Shown here in pieces: positions 10,046-19,653 of a stretch of DNA of 64,000 nucleotides (position 1 is the stretch's first letter; each line of letters begins with the position of its first letter). Source of the stretch: a virus. Both the position numbers and the translations under genes were made by a program. The notes under the pieces were generated by a model, which saw only the letters and a list, made by a program, of their open reading frames with translations, had not been told where the DNA came from and searched no databases. The DNA is taken from positions 8,891 through 72,890 of IMG/VR virus record IMGVR_UViG_3300045258_000102; one strand, given 5' to 3'.

Positions 10046-10903
10046 CTATGGAGCGAGCTGGGCCCAGCGCCACTTGTCGATCGTGCAGCCGGCAGCCGCC
10101 GCCAAGGCTCCGTTCATCCAGCCGATGATCGGGCCCATCTGGACGTCGTCGGGGAAGTCCGTGCCGGCCGTTGCCGAACCGACCGTGTGGGTGGCGACCG
10201 GGATGCCGTCGACGAAATAGGTCAGCACGTCGGCTTGGTGGTCGTACTTCATGCCGAGGTTCAGGTAGGTGTCGGCCACCGAAGTTGCAACTGCTGTCGT
10301 TCCCGTGACAGTTGTTTGGGTCGTGCCGTTAATTCCCACCGGTGCCACGCCGTTGGCCTGATACATGGCCTTCCAGGTGGCGGCCGACCCGATCTTGAGG
10401 AAGCCGAGGAAGTTCTGGGTCGTGATGATCACGTCGCCGGTCGTGAGCGGAAGGCCCACAATCAGCGTTCCAGCGTCCATCAGTCCCACGCAGCAAGAGC
10501 CCGCGGTCGCAGCAGCCGAAGGAATGCAGAGCCGCGCTTCGCCCCAGAACTTGCCGACATTCGCGAGCTTGCTGATCCGGAAAGGCGTGACCAGCGTGCG
10601 GAGCGAGATCGAGAGGTCAGCCGTCGTCGTGGGCGACATCTTGAGTGCCCCGAACAGACCGGCTGTCGAATCGCTGACGTCCGTGAAGGCACCGCCCGCG
10701 GAACTGAAGCCGACGTAGCTGCCATAGTCGGCCGCGGTTGTCGGATCGGTCGTGGGCTTGGTCAAAAAGTCGCTCTCGAGCAAGCAGCCGCGCAGCGATC
10801 CATCGCGGAGCCGATTGACTTCGCAGTCGTACCAGATGCTGTTGCTGTAAGCGCCGGACGGCGCCTCGTTCTTATAGATCGAGTTTTGAGTCTGATTGGA
10901 CAT
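10046..10903 (-). CDS. Capsid-associated (cement/minor capsid) protein, lectin-like beta-sandwich
   Basis: Directly follows the MCP; T/A/G-rich; LTYFVDG motif. Confidence 0.6.
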   Translation of the reverse strand: MSNQTQNSIYKNEAPSGAYSNSIWYDCEVNRLRDGSLRGCLLESDFLTKPTTDPTTAADYGSYVGFSSAGGAFTDVSDSTAGLFGALKMSPTTTADLSISLRTLVTPFRISKLANVGKFWGEARLCIPSAAATAGSCCVGLMDAGTLIVGLPLTTGDVIITTQNFLGFLKIGSAATWKAMYQANGVAPVGINGTTQTTVTGTTAVATSVADTYLNLGMKYDHQADVLTYFVDGIPVATHTVGSATAGTDFPDDVQMGPIIGWMNGALAAAAGCTIDKWRWAQLAP

Positions 10904-11042
10904 GGAAGATTCCTAAAAAAGCGTCTGGCGGCACGCCCCTGTGCCGCTGGTTCGGATCACCGGCCACATAGCCGGCGAGCCTGGGCCCCGTGCCCCCACG
11001 GTTCTGTTCGCCCCGGCAAGCCGGGACAGGGGACGCAAACCG

Positions 11043-12101
11043 CTACAGCGACGCAACGCCGTTACGGCGCCGATCGATGCAGAGATAGTTGTGGCGCAGG
11101 TCCGTGTAGACCGCGTACTTGTTGTGCATTCCCGCCACCTTTTCAGCCTCATGCTCGTACAGGTACACGCCTTCCAGCACCGGTGTGATGAACGTGTCGG
11201 TATTGAAGAAGTACACCGGGTTCGTCGTGTCGGCATCCAGCGCCTGACACACGCGGAACGGGCTGCCGTTGAACGTGAGCGGGCCGCCCTGATTTCCACC
11301 CATCGGGTAGATATCGCGGCCGAGGTTCTCGTTCTGCGACTCGCCGATTTCCTCGATCGTGCTCATCGTCGGCCGATTGAGCAGAATCCGATAACTGGTG
11401 AGGATGCTAGCCGACGTGTAGCTGTCGACCGCGATCGGCGTCTTGAACTTGGTGTAGAACGCCATGTCGCGAAGCTTCTTGATTAGGTCGCCCTTCGTGA
11501 CGCTGACGTACTTGACGTTGTAATTCTTATAATTCGAATTACCCGGCTTCGAGAGGTCGACGCCGGCCGCGGTCGTGAAGCCGGATGCGTACCCGCCGTT
11601 GAAGCCCGCCGTCCCTGCGCCCGTGTACTTCACGAGCCAATACTGAAGGCCCCACGGGACCGTGGGATCTGCAGCGTCCGGAGCGGCGAAGAACTTGTCT
11701 TCGAGCTTCTCAACCAGCGAGAGCAGCGCGCCATAGCGCTTGGCCTTCATCAAGTCGAAGACCTGTGCCTTACCGCGGTTGACCAGCATGTCGCGGCGGT
11801 CCCACGTGTAGTTCGTGGTCACGTCGCACCAACTGACGGAGATTTGCTCCATCAGGTCTTCGAAGTTCGGCGAGTCGACGTCCATGTAGCCGACGTACTT
11901 CGCCGCGTCGGGCGTCCGCGTCATCAAATTGCGCTGAACGCCACGTCCCGACTGGAACATGATCTTGTCCTTCTTGAACAAGATCGGGAACACTTCGTAG
12001 TCGACGAACTTCTGCGAGAGCGGCTGAAAACTGGGCGGACCGAGGTCGAGCTGTGTGCTCTTGGCCAAGTCCAAGTACGAATCGGCCATCATGGTGGTCA
12101 T
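11043..12101 (-). CDS. Major capsid protein (HK97 fold)
   Basis: 352 aa after the scaffold; C-terminal VYFFNTD...NYLCIDRRRNGV typical of P22-like coat proteins. Confidence 0.85.
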   Translation of the reverse strand: MTTMMADSYLDLAKSTQLDLGPPSFQPLSQKFVDYEVFPILFKKDKIMFQSGRGVQRNLMTRTPDAAKYVGYMDVDSPNFEDLMEQISVSWCDVTTNYTWDRRDMLVNRGKAQVFDLMKAKRYGALLSLVEKLEDKFFAAPDAADPTVPWGLQYWLVKYTGAGTAGFNGGYASGFTTAAGVDLSKPGNSNYKNYNVKYVSVTKGDLIKKLRDMAFYTKFKTPIAVDSYTSASILTSYRILLNRPTMSTIEEIGESQNENLGRDIYPMGGNQGGPLTFNGSPFRVCQALDADTTNPVYFFNTDTFITPVLEGVYLYEHEAEKVAGMHNKYAVYTDLRHNYLCIDRRRNGVASL

Positions 12102-12129
12102 GGGTCGCGTTTCCTATGCTGGCCTGGAA

Positions 12130-13263
12130 CTACAGATAGTCGCCACCGGTGTCTTTTGGGCGCGTGCTGCCGATTTTGTCTGCGATGGCCGACTCGCGAG
12201 CGACTGCGCGCTCACGAGGGCCATCCTTCACAGGGCCGCGGCCTGTTGGCTTCGCGAGCGACTGTCGGTTGCGCTTCTGGACTTCGGCACGGACTTCGTT
12301 CCGGGCGGTTGTTTTAAGGATGTCGTGGTGCAGAGCCGCCAAAGCGCGGGCCTGCCTGTCGGCAATGGGTGAAACAGGCCGACCATTCGCTCGGTCGATC
12401 TGCTCACGCAACATCGTCTCCTGCGCCAGCTTGATCCGATTCGCTCGTTGTGGGCTGTCGGCCGGGAGATCGTAAATCTCGCCCTTGCCGTATAGCTCGC
12501 GGAGCTCTTCGGGGACTGAGTTGCAGAAGGTATCCATGTCCCGCGTGAAGCGGGCAGCATCTTCAGCCTGAACGCGGCTGGTGAATTGGTTTTGTTGCTC
12601 GCGCAACTGGGCGTTTTCCGCCTCGACTCGATTCAGCTTGGTGACGATTGGATCAAAGAGACCGCTAATCGCCTCGATGGCTGACGGCTCGAAGATTTCC
12701 GGATCGAGTAGCTTGGCCTTGATCGCTTCGAATTCGGCGACCTCGGCGGAAGTCGGCTGCGCGGCCGAGACCTGCGCCGGTGCAGCCGGTTGCTGTGCTG
12801 GCGGCGCGGCTTGCTCGGCTGGCTGCGCCTCCTGCCCGCCCATGCTCGCTTTGAAAGCGGCGACTTCACGAGCGTCGATCACCCGCAGCGTTTGCTCGAG
12901 ATTGGCTCGGCTGCCGAAGCCCTTGGCCTCTTCCGGCGTGATTTCGTAGCGACTGGCGCGAGCGAGGATCTCGGCGTCGAATTCGTCGGCTTCCGGCGTT
13001 TCGGCAACAGCTGCGGCTTCTGGCTCGGCGGGGGCTTCGGCGGCTTCGGCTTCCGGTGCCGCAGCATCTTCGACCGGAGTTTCCTCGGCAGCGTCATCGA
13101 CCGGAGCGTCGTCGATCGGCTGATCGTCGAGATCATCAACCGGCGGCTGGCCGTAATTCGGATCGACCGCGTCGTACTGGTTTTCAGCCGGCGCGTTCTG
13201 CGTGGTCGAGGGATCGGCTTCGGCGACTGCGCTGCCGGGTTGGTCGCTGGTGGCTGTTGACAT
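12130..13263 (-). CDS. Scaffolding protein
   Basis: Acidic A/E/P-rich N-terminus, coiled coil and basic C-terminus; immediately upstream of the MCP; start MSTATSDQ. Confidence 0.75.
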   Translation of the reverse strand: MSTATSDQPGSAVAEADPSTTQNAPAENQYDAVDPNYGQPPVDDLDDQPIDDAPVDDAAEETPVEDAAAPEAEAAEAPAEPEAAAVAETPEADEFDAEILARASRYEITPEEAKGFGSRANLEQTLRVIDAREVAAFKASMGGQEAQPAEQAAPPAQQPAAPAQVSAAQPTSAEVAEFEAIKAKLLDPEIFEPSAIEAISGLFDPIVTKLNRVEAENAQLREQQNQFTSRVQAEDAARFTRDMDTFCNSVPEELRELYGKGEIYDLPADSPQRANRIKLAQETMLREQIDRANGRPVSPIADRQARALAALHHDILKTTARNEVRAEVQKRNRQSLAKPTGRGPVKDGPRERAVARESAIADKIGSTRPKDTGGDYL

Positions 13264-13275
13264 GACGTGCCAATG

Positions 13276-13402
13276 AAAAAGGGGACCGGCGATTTTTGAA
13301 TCGCGGTCCCCCTTCAAGGGCCGTCGTGAAGGCGACACAGCGGGGAGCTTATTCCCACCGTCGCCCTATTCAGGTTGGCCGCGGTTCAAAACCCGCGGTC
13401 CC
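13276..13402 (-). promoter_or_regulatory. Structured leader/attenuator upstream of scaffold-MCP, ending in an intrinsic terminator
   Basis: Three hairpins; the last is GGGGACCGCGATT-CAAA-AATCGCCGGTCCCC-TTTTT, ending about 12 nt before the scaffold ATG. Confidence 0.7.
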
Positions 13403-13410
13403 ATGGATTG

Positions 13411-13680
13411 TTACACCAGTTGTGTAATTTGGATGTCTCGTTCGCGAAGGATTGGCTTGCCGTTGCAGGTCATCTGCTCAGTGAGTCCCGGGTGCAAGTC
13501 GCGGCCGATGACGGCGTTTTGCCGTTTCTGCAAGTCTTCCAGCTCGTAGTAAAGCTGATCGCTGACCACGAAGTGGGTCACCCCGCGCGCCGCGAGCGTC
13601 CGCATGGCTCCGACGATCTGCTTCTCTCTTTCGGTTCGTTCCATAGTGGCATCTTGGAAACTATTCCCGCGATTTGTCAA
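13411..13680 (-). CDS. Hypothetical protein
   Basis: 89 aa ORF in the operon; start uncertain. Confidence 0.5.
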   Translation of the reverse strand: MTNRGNSFQDATMERTEREKQIVGAMRTLAARGVTHFVVSDQLYYELEDLQKRQNAVIGRDLHPGLTEQMTCNGKPILRERDIQITQLV

Positions 13681-13704
13681 ATGGGGCTGGCGCGGTTTGT
13701 GGGG

Positions 13705-14091
13705 CTAGACGTCGACGTACCGCTGTGGTGAAGCGTCGCCGTAGCCGCCGGATCGGTCGAAAAATCCGAACACCTGACAATGTTTTTTGCGGTGTGCCCT
13801 GTCGCGGAAGATGGCGCGGCCGTCGGGCGTGTACTCGGTGTTAATCCCATGCTGCCGAGCAAGCGCCTTGGCCTCTTCGATTTGGTCAGGGTGGACGCCG
13901 GCGGCATTTGAGTAGATTGGCCACTTGGGAATCGACCGCCGCAGCCCCTTGCCGTTCGGCAGTTGGCCCTGCAGTTCCTCTCGGAATCGCTCGGCGTCGG
14001 CGCTGATTTCAGCGCAGATTGCTTGCTCGGTTTCCGGCGTGACCTCGACGACCTTTGTGCCGTCGTGGATGAATTTGCGTTTGTGTGCCAT
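13705..14091 (-). CDS. Phage head-module protein
   Basis: S.AAGVHPDQI...DGRAIF...R motif; lies between portal and scaffold. Confidence 0.7.
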   Translation of the reverse strand: MAHKRKFIHDGTKVVEVTPETEQAICAEISADAERFREELQGQLPNGKGLRRSIPKWPIYSNAAGVHPDQIEEAKALARQHGINTEYTPDGRAIFRDRAHRKKHCQVFGFFDRSGGYGDASPQRYVDV

Positions 14092-14093
14092 CG

Positions 14094-15887
14094 CTACGCC
14101 CCTGCCGCCGGCGCGGCGGTCGCCTGCAATTCGGCCGGCTGCTGCGTCAAACCCATTAAGTGGCTAATTAAGACTTTGCTCTTTCCAGCTTCTGTCGCGC
14201 CAGAAGTGTTCACGCGGTTGTACGTCCGCGTCGTGTTCTGCGGCATCGCCGGCGGGTCAACTGGTCCGCGCTCGGGGTACTGCTCGCCTTGGGTGTAAAC
14301 ATTGATCCGCGCGATTTCCGGCGTGTGTAGGTAACGCGCGCATGTCTTGTCAAAGAATTCCCAATCAACCGTCTGGCCTTGCTGCATTCGCATTGGCAAC
14401 GACGGCATGAGCACTTGCTCGACCCACTGGATGAGCGACTGTGCTTTCTCCGTTGGCGACCGCGCCGGCTCAGAGAACGGATTGACTTTGAAGTTGTAGT
14501 CGAAGAAGCGGCCCTTCTTTTGGTCTTGCGTAAACCGAATCGGAATCGAGTACGGCGTCCCTTCGATACTCTTGAGCAAGTTGTAATCTGATAGCGGGTC
14601 TGTCCACAGCCACCAGGCCATGCTTTGCAGTGCACCGGTGCGGAACTCCGACACGGTCTCTTGCATATCACGCACTTGGCTACTCGCGCTATTGGCGAGT
14701 AGCTCATCCTGGCCGACAGTCCGACTCTGCGCTCCGAGTCCGGCAAGAGAGCTGAGGTTGCCGCCGAAGTAGTCGGCGAGCGCTTTGGCCTGTAGCGCCA
14801 TCGCGAGCGTTTTATCGTTCGCGCCGCCGTACGTGTATTCCTCACATTTGCCGTTTCCCTCGATGTAGATTGCCTGCCCATCTTCCGACTCGACAATTCT
14901 CTCACCGTCGTCCGCTGCGCTGCCCGGGACCGCCAGGATCGACTTCTGCCGATCGGCTTGCTGCGACGCCTTCACAAAATTTCGGTTCGTGATGTCGTGC
15001 AAATCCATCAGGCCGCCGATGAACCCAGTCGGGATGACGTTGCCCGGCACTCGCCCGATGCAACAGTCGTGATAAGGCCCGCGATCGGGACCTTCCCAGT
15101 TGAAATCATCGAGCGGGAGCCACGGCTGGTTGTCGACGCGAACAATAATTCGGTTTTCGAATGGCAGCCACAACTCCTGCAAAATCAAGTCGTCCTCGTA
15201 GTCATCGACGCGCGGGGTGTTGCCTTGGCTGAGCGACTCCGCGTGCCGGTCCATCGAATCTCCGGGCCGCCAATTAAAGTCTTGGCCGGCGGACTTCGGG
15301 ATTTTGTCGCGAATTGCTTTGCTGAATGTTTTGTTGTAGACGACCCACTCGCGCGGAACTGAGTAGCGATGACCGATGTAACGCTGCTCCTGCCAGCTTT
15401 TAGCCCGCATGTCGAGAATCGCGTCGGCCAGCAGTACTCGCTGGGCAAAAATATGGCCGGCACTGCGCAGGTAATCCTCTCCGCCGTCTGGCGTATCTTT
15501 GACGGTAATCCCGACTTTCATAATGCCCATCTTCAGGAGGGAGTCTAGGATCGTGCCGTTGGAAGAATCTTCAAAGCTGGTGCGGCGAATTTCTTCGTTG
15601 AGCGCCAGTTCCATGTCAGCCGCGCAGGGCTGCAGGTCTTTGTACGGGGTGTCGCACATGGATTGCAGGCCATGCGAACTTAGCTCCCGGTGAATGATCC
15701 GCAGCGCTAGCTCGGCCATGTTGATCGGCGTTGGCGTCGAAGAGCCGTCGTCGCCGTACTGCTGGCCGACAATCTGCTTGATATGCGAAACGACTTGCTT
15801 TTCGTGAGGCCGTTTTCTCTCGTCGCTCCACTGAATGGACTGGTCGAGCTTGGCCAAGTCTTGCAGATTTTGCGGATCGAACGGCAT
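14094..15887 (-). CDS. Portal protein (P22-like)
   Basis: 597 aa directly after terL; GIMKVG, LQELW and DLHDITNR-type motifs. Confidence 0.85.
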   Translation of the reverse strand: MPFDPQNLQDLAKLDQSIQWSDERKRPHEKQVVSHIKQIVGQQYGDDGSSTPTPINMAELALRIIHRELSSHGLQSMCDTPYKDLQPCAADMELALNEEIRRTSFEDSSNGTILDSLLKMGIMKVGITVKDTPDGGEDYLRSAGHIFAQRVLLADAILDMRAKSWQEQRYIGHRYSVPREWVVYNKTFSKAIRDKIPKSAGQDFNWRPGDSMDRHAESLSQGNTPRVDDYEDDLILQELWLPFENRIIVRVDNQPWLPLDDFNWEGPDRGPYHDCCIGRVPGNVIPTGFIGGLMDLHDITNRNFVKASQQADRQKSILAVPGSAADDGERIVESEDGQAIYIEGNGKCEEYTYGGANDKTLAMALQAKALADYFGGNLSSLAGLGAQSRTVGQDELLANSASSQVRDMQETVSEFRTGALQSMAWWLWTDPLSDYNLLKSIEGTPYSIPIRFTQDQKKGRFFDYNFKVNPFSEPARSPTEKAQSLIQWVEQVLMPSLPMRMQQGQTVDWEFFDKTCARYLHTPEIARINVYTQGEQYPERGPVDPPAMPQNTTRTYNRVNTSGATEAGKSKVLISHLMGLTQQPAELQATAAPAAGA

Positions 15888-15939
15888 GTATTACTCGCTT
15901 TCGGTTCGGAGCGCATCGTGGTCGCTACTGGTGAATTTT

Positions 15940-17766
15940 TCAAGTTGGCCAGATGCCGATGGGGCGTTCGCCGCCCTGCTTCATTAGCTTTTGCGCCTTC
16001 TGTCGTCGCCACTCAAACGAACCCTCGGGCGGCTTCCGATCTTCCTTCTCGCTCCGCTTGCGGATCTCACTGAACGCGCGCACGGCGAGCGCGTCGGCAA
16101 TCACCATGTCGCCGTGGTTCTCGCCTTTGGCCGACGGGTCGGGAGTGCTTTTGCTGCGAGCGTGGATAATGCTGCCGTCCGTGTCGGTCACGTACTGCAG
16201 GCATTCACGCAGCGCAGCCTCGGAGCGGTTGAAGATCGATTGCTGCTTGAGCGCGACGAGGTACGAGTCGATGAGCGTCCGCTTCGTGTCTTTGTTGGTC
16301 CAGAAACCAGGCCGGTTGGTGCGTTCTTTGGCGTAGTCGGTCTCGTCCGACCGGCGGTAGAAGAAGCGGCGGTAGCCGCTGTCGACGATGACTTTGCCAA
16401 ACGCGGCGCCTGGCCCGTTGGCCTCCCAGATGATAAACGCGTCGCCGAGCCAATAGGCCATGGCGAGCACGTACTGCGCGAAGTCAGCCGGAAACACCGC
16501 ATTGGACGTGAACTGGGCGATTTTCTGGCCGGTGCTGACCTGCCAGGCGGCCGCGACCGAGTTGCTCGACTTTTCGGTGCCGCCGCCCTGCGCGATGTCG
16601 GCGCCAATCACGATGTCCGACCAGTGCGAACGCGGACCGCGGTCGGGATCCGGGTCAAACCAAATCTGAAAATGCCCATCTGGCCGCTCAATCCATTCCG
16701 GTTTCTTCCAGCCGTCGGGGAAGACGAGCTCGCCGGTGTCTTTCGGCTTCGGCTTGATGGCGTATTTCTTGATCTGCGTTTCGATGACGTCGACCGGGAA
16801 GTACTGCCAGCCGCTCTTGAGATAGCCGATGTTCCAATTCCGCGCCATGTACTGCGGGTTCGGCGCGTCAACTTCGGCCGCGTCGTAGGCTGGGCTGCGC
16901 GTCTCGCCGTCGAGGATGAACTTGTAGCTGCGCGGGAACTTGTATTCTTTGTCGATGACGTCGAGCACGTAGCCGCCGCCTTCGTCGTCGTGCACTGACC
17001 GGTACATTCCGGCGCCTTTGATCGGGTGATCGTGCCAGTGCAACCGAATCACGCGGTCCGGACTATTGGCCATCAGCTTTTCGCGGATGTCGTAGTACGC
17101 GCCGCTGGCGCCTTCCGGCGTGCCGCCGAGGATTAGACAGTCGGTTGCCTCGGCGCAGGCGTCGATGATCGCGTAGTCGTCTTCGATCGCCGGGAACTCG
17201 TCGATAAAGATAGCGGTTCGGCGACCACCGCGGCCGAAATCGGTGTTGGTCGACTCGCCGTCGATCTTCGAGTTGTTCGTGAGATTCTCGAAATGCAGAT
17301 TCTTGCGTCCTATCGGCGGCACCATCCATTTCGGTAGCCGCGCGAGCAGGTAGTCGATCTTCGAGAACAGCGAATCATCGTCGCCTTCGACCGCCTTTTC
17401 CTTGCGGCTGCCGCACAGGAAGGTCCGATTCGAACGGAACAAAAAGTACCAAACAAAGACCGCTAGGATCAGCCAGGTCATTCCCATCGTCCTGGACTTT
17501 TCCAGCAGCAGTCGGTGCTTTCCGATCGCGCTGATGATCTTGAGCGCGGCGCGCTCTTGTGCTGGCCACAAAACGAAGAGCCGATTGGGGTTGTCTGGAT
17601 AGCTCTTCGGATTGAAAGTCCAGCAGTACGTGTTGATAAAATACACCGGATCGCGCGAGCACCTGATCCATTGCTCCTCTTGGAAGTCGACGTCGTGCTC
17701 CGCCCGCTCGAGGATCGCACGGCGATAGCGAGAATTCTTTTGCAGATTTGAGGGCGCGGCAATCAT
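15940..17766 (-). CDS. terL: Terminase large subunit
   Basis: Walker A-like EKSRTMGMTW, Walker B IFIDEF, nuclease motifs IGADIAQG and HGDMVIADAL. Confidence 0.95.
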   Translation of the reverse strand: MIAAPSNLQKNSRYRRAILERAEHDVDFQEEQWIRCSRDPVYFINTYCWTFNPKSYPDNPNRLFVLWPAQERAALKIISAIGKHRLLLEKSRTMGMTWLILAVFVWYFLFRSNRTFLCGSRKEKAVEGDDDSLFSKIDYLLARLPKWMVPPIGRKNLHFENLTNNSKIDGESTNTDFGRGGRRTAIFIDEFPAIEDDYAIIDACAEATDCLILGGTPEGASGAYYDIREKLMANSPDRVIRLHWHDHPIKGAGMYRSVHDDEGGGYVLDVIDKEYKFPRSYKFILDGETRSPAYDAAEVDAPNPQYMARNWNIGYLKSGWQYFPVDVIETQIKKYAIKPKPKDTGELVFPDGWKKPEWIERPDGHFQIWFDPDPDRGPRSHWSDIVIGADIAQGGGTEKSSNSVAAAWQVSTGQKIAQFTSNAVFPADFAQYVLAMAYWLGDAFIIWEANGPGAAFGKVIVDSGYRRFFYRRSDETDYAKERTNRPGFWTNKDTKRTLIDSYLVALKQQSIFNRSEAALRECLQYVTDTDGSIIHARSKSTPDPSAKGENHGDMVIADALAVRAFSEIRKRSEKEDRKPPEGSFEWRRQKAQKLMKQGGERPIGIWPT

Positions 17767-18668
17767 GCGACGTCTGAGTCCAGCTCGGCGATTTTCTCGG
17801 CCTCTTCAAATTCCCGATCGAAGGAATTCAGCATTTCCATCTGCCGCCGACCATCGTCGGCATAGAGCGCCGCCTGCTCCATCAGTTTCTTGTCAGGGAT
17901 CGTCTTCGAGATGAACGTCGTGAGCATCCCGGCGTAGTTGCCGTCGCTCGCGCGGGCGTGACGCAACATGCGAAGCGCCGAGCGACCTGGGACATCGTCG
18001 GGCACGATCTCGGCCAGTGGCGTGTCGCCCATGTTGAACGCCCAGAGTGCGGCCTCGATCGGGCTGCACTTCTTGTCGATTGGAACTTGCGCTGTCAGTT
18101 CTTCGAAGGCGCGTCGCTCAGGATTCGGCTGAGCCTGGTTCTTTTTGATTTCCCTTGGATCCGGCCCGGGCTTCGGGATTGACGGCGGCGTCGGTTCCGG
18201 CTCGACCCCGGGAATATCGCCGTTGCGCTTCGCCTGCTCAGCGATGTACTTGGCCCAGGCGGCGGTCGAGTCGAACTCGAGCGGATCGCCATTGAGTGGC
18301 TTCATCTGCATCCAGGCGAATCTTGGGCACCAGTTGCTGTCGTACCCTTCATCGAGCAGTTTCTGCCGGAGCGCGAGGTACTCGTCGTAGCGACCCTCCG
18401 CGTGCAGGCGTTTGTTGATCGCCGTCCGCCAATCCCGCTTTTTGAATCCTACTTTTTCCTTCGGAGCTTCCCCAGCGTTTTCGCCAGGTTGGCCTCGCGC
18501 TTGGTCTTCGTGCTCGCCGTCGAGCCCTCGGCTGTCACTTTGTTTGCGTACGCTGCGGTGGACATTCCCGCCGCGGCTGCCTTCTTTCGGAACGCGCCCT
18601 TGTTCTTGGTCGCTCCCGCGATCCAGTTTCTGGCCATCGAACTTCTCCTCGGGGTTGAGTGTGGACAT
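17763..18668 (-). CDS. Terminase small subunit candidate / DNA-binding protein (N-terminus uncertain)
   Basis: ATGA-coupled to terL; the first ~73 codons overlap a nested ORF in another frame. Confidence 0.55.
   Translation of the reverse strand: MSTLNPEEKFDGQKLDRGSDQEQGRVPKEGSRGGNVHRSVRKQSDSRGLDGEHEDQARGQPGENAGEAPKEKVGFKKRDWRTAINKRLHAEGRYDEYLALRQKLLDEGYDSNWCPRFAWMQMKPLNGDPLEFDSTAAWAKYIAEQAKRNGDIPGVEPEPTPPSIPKPGPDPREIKKNQAQPNPERRAFEELTAQVPIDKKCSPIEAALWAFNMGDTPLAEIVPDDVPGRSALRMLRHARASDGNYAGMLTTFISKTIPDKKLMEQAALYADDGRRQMEMLNSFDREFEEAEKIAELDSDVA
18449..18637 (-). CDS. Small highly basic phage protein (WI.GA.K.KGA...ANLAKTL family)
   Basis: GAGGAG SD 7 nt before the ATG; resembles a recurrent small K/A-rich phage protein family. 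Confidence 0.75.
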   Translation of the reverse strand: MARNWIAGATKNKGAFRKKAAAAGMSTAAYANKVTAEGSTASTKTKREANLAKTLGKLRRKK

Positions 18669-18684
18669 GATTTGTTTTCGTGGG

Positions 18685-19152
18685 CTAATTGGCCACAGTT
18701 TCCAGTGGCGCGAAATCAGCCAGCGCTCTGTAGAACGCGGTGTCGCGATCGATGCCGCCCTTCAATAGTCTCCACTTGGCTTTGCGGAAGTCTTCGTAAC
18801 GTCCCTCGGCCTTGAGCCGTCGCGTTGCGTGCCACTTCGGCTCTCGTTCGAGATCGCCGGGCTTCCATTTGCAGGTCTTCTCCCAAGGCTTGAGCTTGAG
18901 CGGTGGCTCTTCGACGATGGGCTCAGGCTCGGGCTCCGGTTCAGCAGCTACCGCGGCAGCCGCCCGCTCGAGATTGTCCTTGTACTTCCGCACAGGTGTC
19001 GTGATTGCCCGCTCCCAATCCCAGCCTTGCTTGTTGACACGGTGCAGCACGCACGCCTGCGAAATGCCGTACTCCTTGCACCACTCGAAGAGCCGCATCT
19101 CGATGTCGTCGATTTTGACGAGGCGCGCGTTGACTGGGACTGCTGTCGGCAT
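18685..19152 (-). CDS. DNA-binding protein (NUMOD/HTH-like N-terminus) with RLxAEGRY domain
   Basis: LFEWCKEYGIS...RV.KQGWDWERAITTP motif; C-terminal domain paralogous to the 17763..18668 protein. Confidence 0.65.
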   Translation of the reverse strand: MPTAVPVNARLVKIDDIEMRLFEWCKEYGISQACVLHRVNKQGWDWERAITTPVRKYKDNLERAAAAVAAEPEPEPEPIVEEPPLKLKPWEKTCKWKPGDLEREPKWHATRRLKAEGRYEDFRKAKWRLLKGGIDRDTAFYRALADFAPLETVAN

Positions 19153-19166
19153 GGTCGCCTCGACGA

Positions 19167-19649
19167 CTAAGAAATCTCTTCGACGATACAGTTTCCCGAG
19201 CATGTGATCGCGTCGGCCGGCGCAGACACCGAGACGATGAGTGCCTCTCCACGGCCGAAGACCGGTCGATCCTCGCCAAGTGGTAAAAATAAATATCCAG
19301 CCTGCTCGTTCATCGCCTCTGCGCGGATTGTCGTCAGCGTGCCGCCCCCAGCCGTCGCCTGCGCCGTATTCATCGTCGTCGCGGTAAGAACGGATGGCGG
19401 ATCGATCGAGCTGTGCGGCGCGGGCGTCACAGCCGTGCCGCCCGATCCAGCCGTGTGACCAACGCCACGCTTGAGCAGCAAGTTGAGTCCCTCAGCCGCA
19501 GCGTCGCCCACGTCGGACGACTGCCCCAGCGTAATCTCGTGCACGATGAAGGAGTAACCTCCGACTGCCGGAGACTTGATTTCAAAGGCGTCGAACGCCG
19601 CCGCAGGACTGACAACGGCGGTGAACGGAATCGAGTATTTGCGTCCCAT
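19167..19649 (-). CDS. Virion structural protein
   Basis: A/G/T-rich beta protein; distant paralogue of 20923..21435. Confidence 0.65.
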   Translation of the reverse strand: MGRKYSIPFTAVVSPAAAFDAFEIKSPAVGGYSFIVHEITLGQSSDVGDAAAEGLNLLLKRGVGHTAGSGGTAVTPAPHSSIDPPSVLTATTMNTAQATAGGGTLTTIRAEAMNEQAGYLFLPLGEDRPVFGRGEALIVSVSAPADAITCSGNCIVEEIS

Positions 19650-19653
19650 AGTT

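Noticed and set aside
9926-11188. Long + strand ORFs opposite structural genes (also 15991-16998, 4192-4995, 46489-47262)
   Set aside because: These are shadow ORFs of GC-rich coding sequence, R/G/A-rich and without motifs.
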